Positions 11,070-24,655 are shown, counted from the first letter of the stretch. The stretch is 64,000 nt of DNA from Felis catus (GCF_018350175.1 NC_058368.1:189350001-189414000); one strand, 5' to 3'. Notes: generated by a model from the letters alone, not told the origin. Numbers and translations are program-made.

Positions 11070-11805
11070 ATCCACTCAACCTGTGCTATATGCAAAACTT
11101 CCAAAGTATATGCCAACCAAAATCTTGTATATAAATATTCATGGAAGCATTATACAAATAGTCAAAAAGTAATTTCACCAAATGATGAATGGATTAAAAA
11201 AAATGTAATGGGGCTCCTGGGTGGCTCAGTCAGTTGAGCATCTGACTTGGCTCAGGTCATGATCTCACAGCTTATGAGTTCGAGCCCCACGTTGGGCTCT
11301 GTGCTGACAGCTTGGAGCCTGGAGCCTGCTTTGGATTCTGTGTCTCCCTCTCTCTCTGCCCCTAACCCACTCACATTCCGTCTCTGTCTCTCTCAAAAAA
11401 AAATAAACATTTAAAAAAAATTTTTTAACAAGATAATGTAACCATGTAATTAAATATTATTTGACCTAGAAAACTGATGAAGTACTGATACATGCTACAA
11501 CGTGTATGAACCTTGATAACATACTAAGTGAAGAAGCCAGATATAAAAGGTCACAGAGACATCGGTAGAGACAGAGAGCAGATTAGTGGTTGTCAGGATC
11601 CAGGGGAGAGGGGAACAAGGAGTGACCAGACTTTCTTTTCAGAATGATGAAAGTGAAAATGTTCTCAATTTAGATAGTGATGATGGCTGCACAACTCTAT
11701 CGATGAATGTACTTAAAACCACTAAAGTATATAGTTTAAAAGGGTGAAATTTGGGGGTTTTGAATTATTACACCTCAATAAAATGTCCCAAAAAGAAAAA
11801 AAAAG
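11070..11805 (+). mobile_element. L1MB-like 3' end (interrupted by a SINE)
   Basis: 'gaagtactgatacatgctacaac..gaaccttga', 'agcagattagtggttg', 'gatggctgcacaactct', ending 'cctcaataaa'. Confidence 0.85.
11210..11425 (+). mobile_element. Can-SINE (SINEC_Fc type)
   Basis: 'ggggctcctgggtggctcagtcagttgagc..tcaggtcatgatctcacag..(CT)n..aataaacatt'. Confidence 0.95.
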
Positions 11806-12266
11806 TTGAGGGGTTAAGTCTCTTCTTATTGAACAATTTCTCAGTTTGGGTAAGTTTTGTGCAGTAGAGTGGGAGACTATGATGAGCCTTGAATGAACCT
11901 GTAGAGAGAACTGAACAGCCACATGATCAGACCTGCACTTACGATTTATTCTTAAAGTAGCAAGCCTTGTCAGGAGAATGGCTTACAGGTTGCAATGTGG
12001 GAGAAGGCCACTGAAGGAATTATACTGTCATTAGTATTTTAAATTAAGATACCATTCTTAAAATGTCCAAATTTTCTATGAGAATCTTAAAAAGTGACCT
12101 CCTTTTCACAATCCTCTGATGAAGTATATATAAAACCCTACTGTAGGGTAAAATCTTTCAGCCAATCTATCTATACTCATTAAACTACCATCCTGCTTAT
12201 TATTGTTTCTTTATTATAATTTAATTGATCATCAGCTTTGATATTATTAGCAACAAATACATTTTC

Positions 12267-12494
12267 TTTTTTTTTTTTTTAATTTTTTTTTCAACGTTTA
12301 TTTATTTTTGGGACAGAGAGAAACAGAGCATGAACGGGGGAGGGGCAGAGAGAGAGGGAGACACAGAATCGGAAACAGGCTCCAGGCTCTGAGCCATCAG
12401 CCCAGAGCCCGACACGGGGCTGGAACTCATGGACCGCGAGATCGTGACCTGGCTGAAGTCGGACGCTTAACCGACTGCACCACCCAGGCGCCCC
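12267..12494 (-). mobile_element. Young Can-SINE (SINEC_Fc)
   Basis: CpG-rich body; TSD caacaaatacattttc at 12251-12266 and 12494-12509. Confidence 0.97.
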
Positions 12495-12751
12495 AACAAA
12501 TACATTTTCAACAGGAATTGGCTTTCTAAATCACTCCTCTGGTGAAGGGACCATAAGAGACAACAGAGAGGGAAAACCTGGTGAAGGGTGAACAAACATA
12601 TGTCCATGAGAAGTCACAGGGATAAAATATTAAAGAAAAGCATGAGAATGGGACCAGCTAAAAGTTTAATCTGAAATTGAAAGTATAACATATTTAAATT
12701 ATGATTTAGAATTAAAAACACAATCCAAAAGTTAAAAAATAGGACAATGGA

Positions 12752-12976
12752 GGGGCGCCTGGGTGGCTCAGTCAGTTAAGCTTCCAACTCTCAATGTTTG
12801 GTTTTGGTTCAGGTCATGATCTCGTGATTTTGTGGGTTTGAGCCCCACATCAGGCTCTGTGCTGACAGTGCAAAGCCTGCTTGGGATTCTCTTTCTCCCC
12901 CTCTCTATGCCCCTCCCCTGCTCACACTGTCTCTGTCTCTCTCAAAATAAAAAAAAAAAATTAAAAAAATAAAAAC
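12752..12976 (+). mobile_element. Can-SINE
   Basis: 'ggggcgcctgggtggctcagtc' head; TSD taggacaatgga at 12740-12751 and 12977-12988. Confidence 0.95.
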
Positions 12977-13414
12977 TAGGACAATGGATTTAAAAATTAT
13001 GGCATATCCATATGGATATTATGAAGATATTAAAAATCAAACTTCATATTTAGTAACAGATAAATGATCATAAATTCCATTATAGTTTTAAAAAAGCTCA
13101 ATTATTAATATAATGTGATCTCAAGTATGTATTTGTATATACATATATATAAAATCTTCTCATATATAGTTTTCATATATATGTATATAAATATATAGTT
13201 TTCAACACAAAATACAGGTATACATATATAAACATATAGTTTCTGTTATGAATGAAATAAAATTTTATACACTTATATTTATAAAATATTATACATAAAA
13301 TACTTTTATATGTATCAGTAAAATGCTCAGAAGGATGATTATGGGTCATTTTTATTCCTTTTATTACCAGTCATGGGGCTCTAGCATGATGGATACCCCA
13401 ACAGGTTGGAAATT

Positions 13415-14095
13415 AGAGCATTAAAACTGCCCTTTGATGTAGCTCCTTTGGAAAATATGTTGGATGCTTCTTAAAAAGTTAAATGTGAGGAGCCCGGGTA
13501 GCTCAGTTAGTTGAGTGTCTAACTCTGATTTTTGCTTAGGTCATGATCTCACAGTTGTGAGTTTGAGCTCCACACCAGGTGTGGAGCCTGCTTAAGATTC
13601 TCCCTCTCCCTTAGCCCATCCCCCACTCAAAAAAAAAAAAAGTTAAATGTAAATTTACCATATAACCCAGCAATTCCACTCATAGGTATCTGCCCGAAAG
13701 AAATGGAAACATGGCCACACAAAGACTTGCACTTAAATGTTCATAGCAGCGTTATTCATAATAGCTAAATGGAAACAACTCAAATGTCCATCAACAAAAT
13801 ATGGCATATCCATACAATAAAACACTATAAAAAGGAATGCGTGATGCATGCTACAAAACATTATTGTAACCAAAAGAAGCCAGACACAAAAGACCATATA
13901 CTATAGGATTTTATTTATATGAAATGGGAATGGGAACAGAGATTAAATTTAAATGAGTATTATGGATCTTACTGAACAGATGAATGTGTTATGATAAGCA
14001 CAACCCAGTAAATTTGATAAAAATCACTCAACAGTATACTTAAAATGGATAAATTTTCTGATATGTAAAGTACATTTCAATAAAAACTTTTAAAA
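13415..14095 (+). mobile_element. L1MB-like 3' end containing an internally deleted Can-SINE (13487-13640)
   Basis: 'ccatataacccagcaattccactc', 'aatgttcatagcagc', 'aaagaagccagacacaaaaga'; the SINE is flanked by aaaaagttaaatgt duplicates. Confidence 0.85.
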
Positions 14096-14784
14096 AATTT
14101 ATTTTTTTTTTTTTTAAAGATGAGCTTTAAATTAAGTTAGTAGACCTCAGCAGAGATCTACAAAATCACCTTTGGAAGACAGAATGACTCCCAGGCCAAC
14201 AAGACTTGACTATAACCTGACAACATAGGAAGAAATCTACAGAAGGAATGTGTTATCGAAATGGAGGGTGGGCAGTTTTGGGACTACAGGTAAAGGGGAG
14301 AGATGGTCTTGACTTAGAGAGTATCATTGTGTTGGTGTTTCCATTACTCTTGTCATAAGGCAGGTAGGAGGAGAGGAAAGAGGTGGTACTGAAAAGAAAA
14401 CTCAGCTAAGAGTTAGCTAAACAAGTCCCCAGGCACTGATCCCAGACACCCAGTCCAAGAAAACATTTGTTGGCTAGCTTCTGCAGCCTCGCTGCAGGGT
14501 GACGATGCACTGATAAGTGAACGCTCTTGTAACTCAACAAGCTTAAAATTCTGGGTACCATAGCTGTTACTATGAACCCAATTCATGTTAATTCATCCTT
14601 GTGAAAAACAGGCTTCTGAACCTATTAGGCAGAGAACCTGAGTGTGGAGGGTGGTGAGTTTCCCAGACTAGATGTCTTCCAGGAGAACTGGTCTGAGTGA
14701 TTGGAGACCTCTTCAGTTTGTACCCTCTATCTTGATGTGTGTGCCTAGGCCAGAATGTAGTTGGCACAACCCATTGCAAGACAG

Positions 14785-15020
14785 TATAGCATATGATAAG
14801 AATGTAGACTTTGGAGTCTGCCTTGGTTCAAAGCCTCTGATACTCCTTAGTAGCTGTGTGACTTTGGAAAAGTTACTTAACTTCTCTGTTTCAATTTCTC
14901 ATCTACAAAACAGATAAAAACAGTATCTTCTTCACGTGGCTGTTAAAATGATTAAATAAGATCATATACATAAAGCACTTAGCACAGAGCTTATCACCTG
15001 GTAAACACTGGAACATTAAT
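14785..15020 (+). mobile_element. MIR SINE
   Basis: 'agctgtgtgactttggaaaagttacttaacttctctgtttcaatttctcatctacaaaa..aaagcacttagcacag'. Confidence 0.88.
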
Positions 15021-15654
15021 TATTACACTTCAATTGGCATTCTTTTCACACATTTCTGTTTTTAATCAATTTTCTTATAATGAATATATATCATTTCAGT
15101 TTATAATCAGAAAATGACATTATCGAAAACACTTGAAATAAATGCAATTTCTGTTTAACCAGAAAAGAAAAAAGAGTAAAGAACAGAGATGGAGGAAGAA
15201 AGAGGAAAAGAAGGAAGCATTCAAAAATGCTAATGAGGAACATTTTAGAAGGACAGAATGTTGAAATCCAGGCCTTTCTGTGTAATACAAGCCATCTGGT
15301 GACTGCATCTGAACAAGACTTACTGAGATTTTTCTTGAGAGTTCTTTTGCACTGTTCATTCCACACTTCATCTCAGTGGGCAAATGGGTGGATTTGCCCT
15401 GCACAGAACAGGGATAGCCAGTGGATTGAAGCGAGAAAGAATAATCCAGTGAAGAAAGTGAGAATTGTTTAAGGTAAGAGGCAGAAAGGAGCCCTTCCCC
15501 ACATTCCTCTCCAATCTCTCAGCGTTGGAATCTAAGTCTGTGGTTTTAGACGAGGCTCACACACAATTCAAACCACAGATGCAGTTCCCTTCCCGAGTCC
15601 CAAAGGCTCCCAATCAGCCCTCGGCCTTGTGTAGGGAGCTGTTAAACCCCTACC

Positions 15655-15800
15655 CATGGTTTAATTAATTTTCTGAGACAAGTGATTGGTTGACATGACA
15701 GCAGTAAACATCAAATTCCATTAATTAATGCTGAGACATCAGTGTCTGTGTTGTTCCTCAATTACACATTCAGATGCAGCCCCCTTGTGCTGGCATGAGT
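15655..15800. promoter_or_regulatory. Candidate enhancer: homeodomain/TALE/forkhead motif cluster
   Basis: TTAATTAA 15661-15668, TGATTGG 15683-15689, TGACATGACAG 15691-15701, GTAAACA 15704-15710 and palindrome CATTAATTAATG 15719-15730, in non-repeat DNA. Confidence 0.35.
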
Positions 15801-17347
15801 TTGGTGTTGAAGCCCCAGAAAGTCCCTCATAATGGAAGGGCCACCAAAGGTGGTGGGGGCGGGGGGCGGGGGGGAGGATGGCATGGGGCACTTACACCAA
15901 GATAATCAACTTGGAGAAATTCATACTCCAATGTGCACTCCCCAGAGAAAGGTTTTAGAGACCTAGATGAAAGGATTTAAATGGTTTTGGGTGAGGCATT
16001 TTCATTTTGCTGGTGGCCTGGAAGGGAACTATCAGCTTGATGAACACAGAGCTTCCCTTGGGTTCCAAGACACTCTCTTCACACAGGCTTTCCCAGCCTT
16101 CTTCCCTTGCCCCCTCCTCATTGTTCTCTTTCTTTCTCTCTCTCACACACACACTCCTTTTTTTCCCCCCTAACTACAGTCATCTTCAATTTCATGTTAA
16201 TTCAGAAGAGAGTCAAAAGGGAACAAAAAGCAATCTTTGCTTCTTTCACTCAAGTAAAAACCCTAAAGGGACCATGACTCCCATAGAGGCACATGCCTTA
16301 GGGCCTGGAGACAAAGCAAAATGTTCTCTTGAACACTCAGAGGTTAGATCCTAGAGATAAAGCAATGTGATTAAATCTTGATAGATTTTTGTTTTAAGAG
16401 CTGAAGGAGTTGGGATGGGGGAGGGCGGTGCAGCTATTGTTTGCCTGGTTACAAAGAGTGCCCTTGGCAATCCCTGCTTAATCAGGATCTTGATGAGAGT
16501 ATTTTCCCTCCCAGGACTAAGGCACCAAGGAAGAGTCTATTTGAAGCAGCCTCCGGCCCATTCCCATGTGGTTGATCCATCCTTTGCCACTTCCCTGGAC
16601 CCTGCCCTGAGAAACAGCTGTTTCATTATTCCAGCAATCTTATGAAAATTGTTTGTGACTCCAGTTTGAAGATTATGAAAATAAAACCTTAGCCCCACCC
16701 AGCCCCAGATTGCAACATGCAAAGATGATCATTGTTAAATGTCTTCCATACCTTTATAGGGAAGTATTATCCCCTTATTCATATATTAATAATCTTTTCC
16801 ACTTTAAGAATAGAGAAACAAAGACCCAAAAAGTGAAGCTATTTGCCCAAGGTCACGTCCCAAATGAGTTACAGGTCCCTAATAGATACACAGTTTACAG
16901 AACCAGGAGGGAACAGAGTGAGATGGGCTGAAATGATAGCATACTTGCTGGATGCTTGGACTGGGCCTCAAGACTCCAGATTTTGAGACTGGTAGTGTTA
17001 AGACAGGGAGGATTCTTTATTATTATTTATCTCACGTCACCATATTTCAAAAGATTGAAAAAAAGGTGGGTGCTCAAGACTGAAAAGTACAGAGGTACAC
17101 AGATAGAAATTAAATAGTAGAACTCACAATGGCATGTTTCAAATTCAGATATCCTCTGGATAGAAAAAAATACAAAGAAAAGAAAAGGTTCAAATCTGAT
17201 ATAAAAGATTGAAATTAATGCCAAGGAAGAAGTCAAAATATTTAATTCTGTTCCCAGGTTCCATCACCACCTTGCACTGCAATCTTGATCATTTTAGTTA
17301 ACCTCTCCGGTCCATATTTCATTCATTTGTTTAAAGATGCTCAGTTA

Positions 17348-17462
17348 CCTGCTTCAGATTCTGTGTCTCCCCCTCTCTCTCTCTGCCCCTCCCCTGCTCA
17401 TGCTCTCTCTCTCTCTCTCTGTCTCTTCCTCAAAAATAAATAAACATTAAAAAAATAATTAT
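17348..17462 (+). mobile_element. 5'-truncated Can-SINE
   Basis: 'cctgcttcagattctgtgtctcc..(CT)n..aaaaataaataaacatt'; degenerate TSD aaagatgctcagtta / aaaggtgttcagtta. Confidence 0.9.
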
Positions 17463-17712
17463 AAAGGTGTTCAGTTATACCTGCTCTACTGTCAGGGTTG
17501 GTATGATTAAGAACCAAATGGTATTTGTCTAGCAGAAGCTTCCATACAAACTTCAAATGGACCCAGATGTGTGACAGCAGTTGGATGCCTATCACTTGGA
17601 GAATAATGGCTAATGTTAATAAGTTTTTGATTTGTCTCAGGCAATAAGTTACTTTGCAAACTATCCCCATTCAATCTTCAAATAATATATGAATTAAAAA
17701 CTAGCATTGCTT

Positions 17713-17933
17713 GGGGCGCCTGGGTGGCTCAGTCAGTTAAGCCTCTGACTTCAGCGCAGGTCATGATCTCATGGTTTGTAAGTTAGAGCCCTGTGTGGGG
17801 CTCTGTGCTGACAGCTCAGAGCTTAGAGCCTGCTTCACATTCTGTGTCTCCCTCATCTCTCTGCCCCTCCCCTGCTCACACTCTCTCTCTCTCAAAATAA
17901 ACAAACATCGAAAAAAAATTAAAAAAAAAAAAA
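17713..17933 (+). mobile_element. Can-SINE
   Basis: Full head, body and tail; flanking actagcatt duplicates. Confidence 0.95.
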
Positions 17934-18174
17934 CCACTAGCATTTCTCTAGTTTAAAAGATGATGAAGCTGCAGCTCAGAGATGTTAAGATACTTGCCTG
18001 AGGGCCACACAATTAGTAGGTGGCAACGCCAGAATTCAAAGCTACATTTGTCTAATTCCAGAGCTTGAGCATTCACACACTGGACAATCGATTCTACATG
18101 GCAAAAGTACTTTAGTATGATTCAGAAAAGGTGAAACACACCCCTATTGAACACAATATAAAAATACCAAGTTG

Positions 18175-18382
18175 AGAAGTGTCTGGGTGGCTCAGTGGGT
18201 TAAGTGCCCAACTTTGGCTCAGGTCATGATCTTGCAGTTCATGGGTTTGAGCCCCACATCGGGCTAATGTTGACAGCTCAGAGCCTGGAGCCTGCTTCGA
18301 ATTCTGTGTCTCCCTCTCTCTCTGCCCCTTTCCTGCTCTCTCTCTCTCTCTCTCAAAAATAAATAAACATTAAAAAAAAAAA
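18175..18382 (+). mobile_element. Can-SINE
   Basis: Body and tail; TSD-like aaaataccaagttg / aaaattccaagttg. Confidence 0.93.
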
Positions 18383-19189
18383 TTCCAAGTTGGAACACAC
18401 TCGTTCAAAAGGAATATAATTTCTAGTCATCAGAATGGTATCAGTGTCCCCTCTCAGACTGGAGCCTGCAGGCAAAGAGGGCAGGTGGAGGGGCTTGTTG
18501 GACAAGGCCAAACTTGGGGCAGACACAGCCCTGAAACAGCCCTCCTGCTCCACAAATCAGTGGCGGCTCCCTCCACTTAAGTTCATTCCAAACAAATCCA
18601 TTAAAAGCATCATGTTAATGAATATTTTATATAGCTATGACATAGTGAGTCCCATTCAGAAGAGGCTCTTACTAAAGGCTGACACAATGAACAGCTAAAA
18701 TAGCCAACTAATCATCAAGGCCAATAGAAATCTGGTCAGGGGACACAATAATTTTACACAAAGAAAAAAATGAAAGTCATATACTCCCTTCTTGATGATT
18801 TAAGAATGCTTTTTAACAAATTCTACCTACCATACTCAAATATTGCCATCCATCAGCAAAAGACACCTATTTAGATAATTAATTTGTTTTTCCTTGGCCT
18901 TCTCATAGTATCTGAGAAAAGTCAATGTAATATTTGTTTGTTTCTCTTGAATTAGGTCTCTTTCTGGATCCTCAGCAAACACACACACACACACACATAC
19001 ACACACAAACACACAAACATACAAATATATAAACATGTCTTAACCTATTTCTCCGAGAAATAGAAAGTGAAGAGAATCCTAAGTGACAAATGCAGTGGTC
19101 TCCCACATACTCTGCACTCCTCCAAGTCTTGCATCTCTCCCAGGAAAACATGGCTCAAGGATTTTGGAGGAAAAAGAGGGCAGAACCTA

Positions 19190-19440
19190 TAACAGAAAGC
19201 AAATCAGTGGCCTATGTGTAAAATACAACTTGCAGATGTGTTCTATTTGGTCTGCCAATATTGGCTTGCCTACTGTTTTTAAGAAATTTGAATTCATTGT
19301 TAATATTTAAAAATCTGGAGATATCACAAGTGTTTCTGAATTCTGACTTCTCTTGAACAATTAGGAGATCTGGCATGATAGGATCTTCATTCCTGCATAG
19401 TGACAGCCAGCTGGAGCTGAGTCTTAGCTCGCACAGGGGC
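19190..19440 (+). mobile_element. MER102-like hAT-Charlie MITE, 5' part; a matching 3' terminus reappears at ~21257-21295 beyond the L1
   Basis: 'tttaaaaatctggagatatcac..cttctcttgaacaattaggagatctggca..cagctggagctgagt'; distal piece 'tggcccttgtgggcatttgaggttgac'. Confidence 0.75.
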
Positions 19441-19544
19441 CAGTCACCCCAGTTCCTAGACTTCATCATGTTTCCCTGTCAGAAAGACAGGATCAGTTGC
19501 CATTTGTCATTATCCTTTGAGTTTTTCTACTTTCCTTAGATTTG

Positions 19545-20513
19545 ACCAGTACAACAGAAGACCCGTAGACCAGTGGAACAGAATATAGATCCCAGACATA
19601 ACCCATGCATATATAGTCAAATGATTATTGAGAAGGACATCAGAAACACACAATGAGGAAAGGACAGTCTCTACAGTAAACAGTGTTGGGAAAACCAAAT
19701 ATCCACATGCAAAAGAAGGAAACTGGACCACTATCTTTCACCACTCACAAAAATTAACACGAAATTGGTAAAAAACTGAAATGTAAGACCTGACACTATA
19801 AAACCTCAAGAAGAAAACATAGGGGAAAAGATCATTGACACTGGTCTTTTCAATTATTTCTTGGACAAGACAGCAAAATAAACTAAAAATAAATTAAACA
19901 TTAAACTACAGAGCTTCTGCACAGCAGGGAACAATTAATAAATTGAAATGGCAACCTATGGAATGAGAGAAAATATTCACAAACCATGTATCTGATGTGG
20001 GCTTAATATCCAAAATATATAAGGAACTCACACAACTGAATAGCAAAATAGTTAATAATACAACTTAAAAAATAGGGAAAGGACCTGAATAGGCACTTTA
20101 CCAAAGAAGATACACAAATGGACCATAAGTATATGATAAGATGCTCAACATCACTAATCATCAGGGCTCAAAACCATAATATCACCTAACATCTGTTAGA
20201 ATGGCTATTAACAAAGACAAGAGATAACAAATGTTGGCAAGGATATAGAGAAAAAGTAATCCTTATACACTGTTGGTAGGAATGTAAAATGGTAGAACCA
20301 TTATAGAAAACATTATGGCATTACCTCAAAAAATTAAAAATTGAACTACCATATGACCTAGCAATCTTACGTCTGGGTGCATATCTGAAGGAATTGAAAT
20401 CAGTGTCTCAAAGAAATATCTACACACCCATGTTCATTACAGCAATATTCATATATACAAGATACAGAAACAACCTAAGTGTCTGTCAAAAGATAAATGG
20501 ATAAAGATGTGGT

Positions 20514-20555
<42 letters not shown>

Positions 20556-21075
20556 ATAATATTCCTTGAGACAGAAGGAAACCCCTCCATTTGCAACAAC
20601 ATGGGTAGACCTTTGAGACTATTATGTTAAGTGAGATAAATCAGAACCATAAAGACAAATACTTTATGTTACCACTTGTATGTCGAACCCCAGAAAGTTG
20701 AACTTGCAAAAACAGAGTAGAATGGTGGTTACCAGGGGTTGTGGGTGGGAAAATTGAGGACACATTGTTTAAGGATATAAACTTTGGTCTAGTCAATAAA
20801 TAAGTTCTGTAGATCTAATGCACAGCATAGTGATTATAATAAATAATGCTGTATTATAAACTTCAAAGTTGCTAAGAGATTAAATTGTAATTGTTCTCAC
20901 CATAAAAAAGAAATGACAATTATGTGATGTGATAGAGATGTTAGCTAACGCTATTATAATCATATCGCAGTGTATAAATGTATCAAACCAACATGTTATA
21001 TACCTTATAGTTAAACAGTGCTATATGTCAATTATATCTCAATTAAAAATTTAGTTAATTAAAAAAGAAAAGGAA
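19545..21075 (+). mobile_element. 5'-truncated L1 (L1MA/early carnivore type), ORF2 end plus 3'UTR, with (CA)n at 20516-20553
   Basis: 'gaccagtggaacagaatatagatcccag', 'tgctcaacatcactaatcatcaggg', 'gttctcaccataaaaaagaaatg', ending 'tgtcaattatatctcaattaaaaa'. Confidence 0.92.
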
Positions 21076-21687
21076 GTGAAATATTTTTCATACCCACATG
21101 TCTGTCTAAAGTGGGAAAATTAATGGCAAACTGGGATAGCCACATATTGGAAGAAAAATGGGAGAAAACTTAAAGCCTAATTCTTTGTAGGAGTGAAAAC
21201 TGTGCATTTGTGTTTGATATGCAAACAAAAAACAGGCTGGTTTAACTTAAGTTTCTCACTTGGCCCTTGTGGGCATTTGAGGTTGACATTGCTGCTGAAA
21301 GTCACTGAAAATCTTTGGAAATTGGTCTTTACCCTGGTACTTTTCATTCATAGTTCCAAGTGCCCTTTTTAGTTCTTGGCACAGTTCCAGGCATATAGTG
21401 GGTGCCGAAAAATAAAATGTGTTATGAACTAAAATTATATTGTACTCTTTTCCCCCTCCCCATTTGATTTCTGTATACCAACTCCCCTTTACCACCACCA
21501 CCATCCTCTCTTCTTGTGGGTTTAAGAATCCTTTTAGAGACTTTTTTGCTCTAAAGCTTTATTTCAGGACCAATCATACCAAAAGGACCTGGTAAAGGAA
21601 TCACATAGAGACTTTAGTGACTGTTTGATAGAGTATTCACTTGAGGACCAGCCAAACTTAAATTCAAATTCCAGCTTTACCATTCAC

Positions 21688-22058
21688 TGTCTTAGTGTGG
21701 GTTTTCCAACAGCACAGACTGAGATGAGGATGTGTGTATTTATTGGAGAATGTGATCCTCCAAACGAGAGGCAGGGAACTGAACAGAGGAGGAAAAACCA
21801 ATACAAGAAAGCACTAATTGCTGAAGGCAACTGCTTACTTCAAGCAGGACTTTCTGAGGAATCCTATGGAATATGTGTCAAAACTGTCAGCCAGGGATAA
21901 AAACCTTTTTATCCATTGGCTCCTGCCCCCATTGGTTGACGGTTGCCCCATTATGTGTTACCATCCCCAGCAACCAGAGGAAGCTGGAGAGAAGCTTTGG
22001 CTGGCATCAATGGCAAGGCCAAGAAGAAGTAAGGTGGTACACACAGGGTGTCCTCTGT
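21688..22058 (-). mobile_element. ERVL solo LTR (LTR16-like) inserted in a MIR (pieces ~21635-21687 and 22059-22230)
   Basis: 'tgtcttagtgtgggttttccaacagcacagactgagatgaggat..tttattggagaatgtgatcc'; the MIR resumes with 'tgactgtggccaactacttcatttctggaaacctcagtttcc'. Confidence 0.6.
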
Positions 22059-22344
22059 AATGACTGTGGCCAACTACTTCATTTCTGGAAACCTCAGTTT
22101 CCCCTTCTAAAAAATAAGGTAACACTAGTGCTTCCCTTTTAAGAATGCAGGGAGACTATGATGAAATAATCCACGTAAAGCTTAAAGCAAAATGCCCAGC
22201 ACATAATACATGCTAATGAATGGCTGTTTCTAATATAAACTCTTACCTCCAAGACTGAATACTATGGAAGGCCTTTATATGACAGATCTGCATCAACAGC
22301 CAATGAAAACAAACAATGATAGTTTCAATCTCAGCATTCACTTA

Positions 22345-22554
22345 GTGAGGGATTGAAACTGACTGCTGCTAAGCCAATTCTGTCCCATAAACATGTATTC
22401 TTTTGCCCTCGACCCTACTATATATACTATATATACTATATATACTGTATATACTATATATATATATACTATATATATATACTATATATACTACTACTAT
22501 ATATACTATATATATATACTATATATATATATATATATACTATACATACTACTA

Positions 22555-22591
<37 letters not shown>

Positions 22592-22850
22592 AGAGAGAGA
22601 GAGAGAGAGAAATGTGTTGCCACATTTAAAAATCAGAAAAATTCATATAAAATTCAGGTTTCCAGCTTACCCTTGAAAAATAGAAAGATCTGACCCCACT
22701 GAGCTAGCAGCATTCCCACTGTCAGCTGGAGCTGAGTGGTGGTGACCCTTTCAAATGGGGCATGTTTTCTCCAATTTGCCACTCTCCTCTCCAAGTCCAT
22801 TTCACTCATTCACTGCTGCCCCCATGGACATTTGCGTTTGAAACTCCTGG
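22345..22850 (+). mobile_element. MER102-like MITE with an internal compound microsatellite
   Basis: 'gttgccacatttaaaaatcag..cttgaaaaatagaaagatctg..cagctggagctgagtgg..gacatttgcgtttgaaactcctg'. Confidence 0.8.
22418..22610. repeat. Compound (TA-rich/TAC)n-(CA)n-(GA)n microsatellite
   Basis: Seen directly; it generates the low-complexity ORFs at 22353-22693. Confidence 0.97.
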
Positions 22851-23739
22851 GCTGATACTTAACCTAGAAAGGCAGGGTTCCTGGAAACCCTGCCAGGACC
22901 CAAGGAGGAAAAATACCGGAAACGACAAGGCTTTTGTTTTTCAGTGAGACAGCTGAAGAGCCACCCCTAAGGCTGTAGAACTCAATGTCCTGTGATGGAG
23001 AGCTAAGTGAATCCTGCTGAGGTGAGAGTGTGTGGTTCCAGCAAGTCTGGCTATTACCAACCTGAAGCTGAGGTCACCCCAGCTGCTCCCGGCGCCTGCA
23101 ACTCTGTTTATTTCATTCTGGTTCATACCAGAGATTTATTTTTATGAACAGTGAACATTTTTTGCAACATTCCCTCATTTAACCTTCATTATCAAAGTCT
23201 CTGCCCAAAGCCCATATAAGCACCATTATTGCCCATATAACATTTTCTAACATAAACCATTTAAGACATTTTTTCCCATTTTTATTTATTTCTCTTCCGT
23301 TACATTTCATTTGAAATGTGCATGGGGGAGAATGTGTCTTGTTTTTATGTTGTCTCATATAGACCATAAGCCCTAATGGTGGGGGCTGCCTATTTTGGAG
23401 GTTAATAAGCAATGGGGACATTCATCATATGGAACAAACAACCAGGATATGCTGGCCTCTTAAAAAAAGTACTAGAAGGGAGTTTTGTGTTACTAAGGAA
23501 ATTGAAAGGAAAATAAACCAGCTTTCTTTGTCTCTTCTGAAAGACATGAAAAGAAGAAACATGGTGGCTCCAAAAAAGGAAGCCAAGAAGATTAAAAGCA
23601 GTGTTGTATATACTATTACTCCTCAAATCAGCCATTAATATGCAAATATTATGGGGAAAGTGATAGTATGTATATCCCTGTGTCTCCAGTCCCTGGCCAG
23701 GGTCTGGTGCAAAGTGGGTAATTTAACAAAAGTTTGTAC

Positions 23740-24029
23740 TTGACTCTAAGAAACTCAACTCAACTGACTTAAGCAAAAATGGTAACATACTGACTTACAT
23801 AGTTGAAAAGTTCAAGATCTTTAGACACATCTGTATGCAAAAACTAAGCGTCTTCATGTTTCAGCCCCTGTCCCTCACTTCCTCTAAACATTCATTCTGC
23901 CTTCCCCTCTATTGATTTTACCATAAGCAGACTGTCCTCTGTTGATAGTCAGCTGTTCATCAAGAAACTTTATGCTTTTATTCCTCCAAGCTCAGTAACT
24001 CTAATAATAAGGAAGAGAGAGAAGAACGA

Positions 24030-24068
<39 letters not shown>

Positions 24069-24071
24069 GGA

Positions 24072-24122
<51 letters not shown>

Positions 24123-24390
24123 GGAGAAAGAAAAAGAAAGAAAGGGAGGGGGAGGGAGGGGGATGGGGATGGAGTGAGGGAGAGAGGAAAGAGAGAAAGA
24201 AGAAGGGAGGGAAGAGAGGGAGAAAAATCAAAGAAGGGAGGGGGGTGAAGGAAAGCAAGAAGGAAGGATAAAAGGAAATAAGAAGAGGGAAAGAACAAGC
24301 CTCTCTTTCCCAGCAGCTCCATCAGTTTGGATCTCTGAGCAAATCACTATGGTCAGAGGTAAGAACTACATGGATCAGAAGTCCTATCTT
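23740..24390 (-). mobile_element. MLT1 (J/K-like) LTR relic interrupted by a (GAAA)n/purine tract at ~24010-24295
   Basis: 'agaaactcaactcaactgacttaagcaaaaatgg..gacttacatagttgaaaagttc' and 'ctctgagcaaatcactatggtcagagg'. Confidence 0.6.
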
Positions 24391-24655
24391 AGGGAACCTG
24401 GGCGGCTCCTTTGGTTAAGCAACTAAGTCTTGATTTCCACTCAGGTCATGATCTCATGGTGGTGAGATTAAGCCCTGAGTTGGGCTTTGGGATGAGCATA
24501 GATCCTGCTTAAGATTCTCTCTCTCCCTCTCTCTCTGGACCTGCCCGGCTTGCTTGCCCTTGTGTTTACATGCACATGCACGTGCACGTGTGTGCACACA
24601 CACTCCCATGCTCTCTCACGTGCTCTCTCTCTCTAAAAAAACAAAACAAAACAGA
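24391..24655 (+). mobile_element. Older Can-SINE with RY (CA/TG) expansion
   Basis: 'ttggttaagc..tcaggtcatgatctc..cctgcttaagattctctctctccctct'. Confidence 0.85.

Noticed and set aside
15160..15480. Coding exon ending at donor AAG|GTAAGA (~15474)
   Set aside because: No recognisable protein in any frame and no partner exons; such a site can occur by chance.
22353..24322. Low-complexity ORFs (YI-, HT-, ER- and FL-rich)
   Set aside because: Translations of microsatellites.
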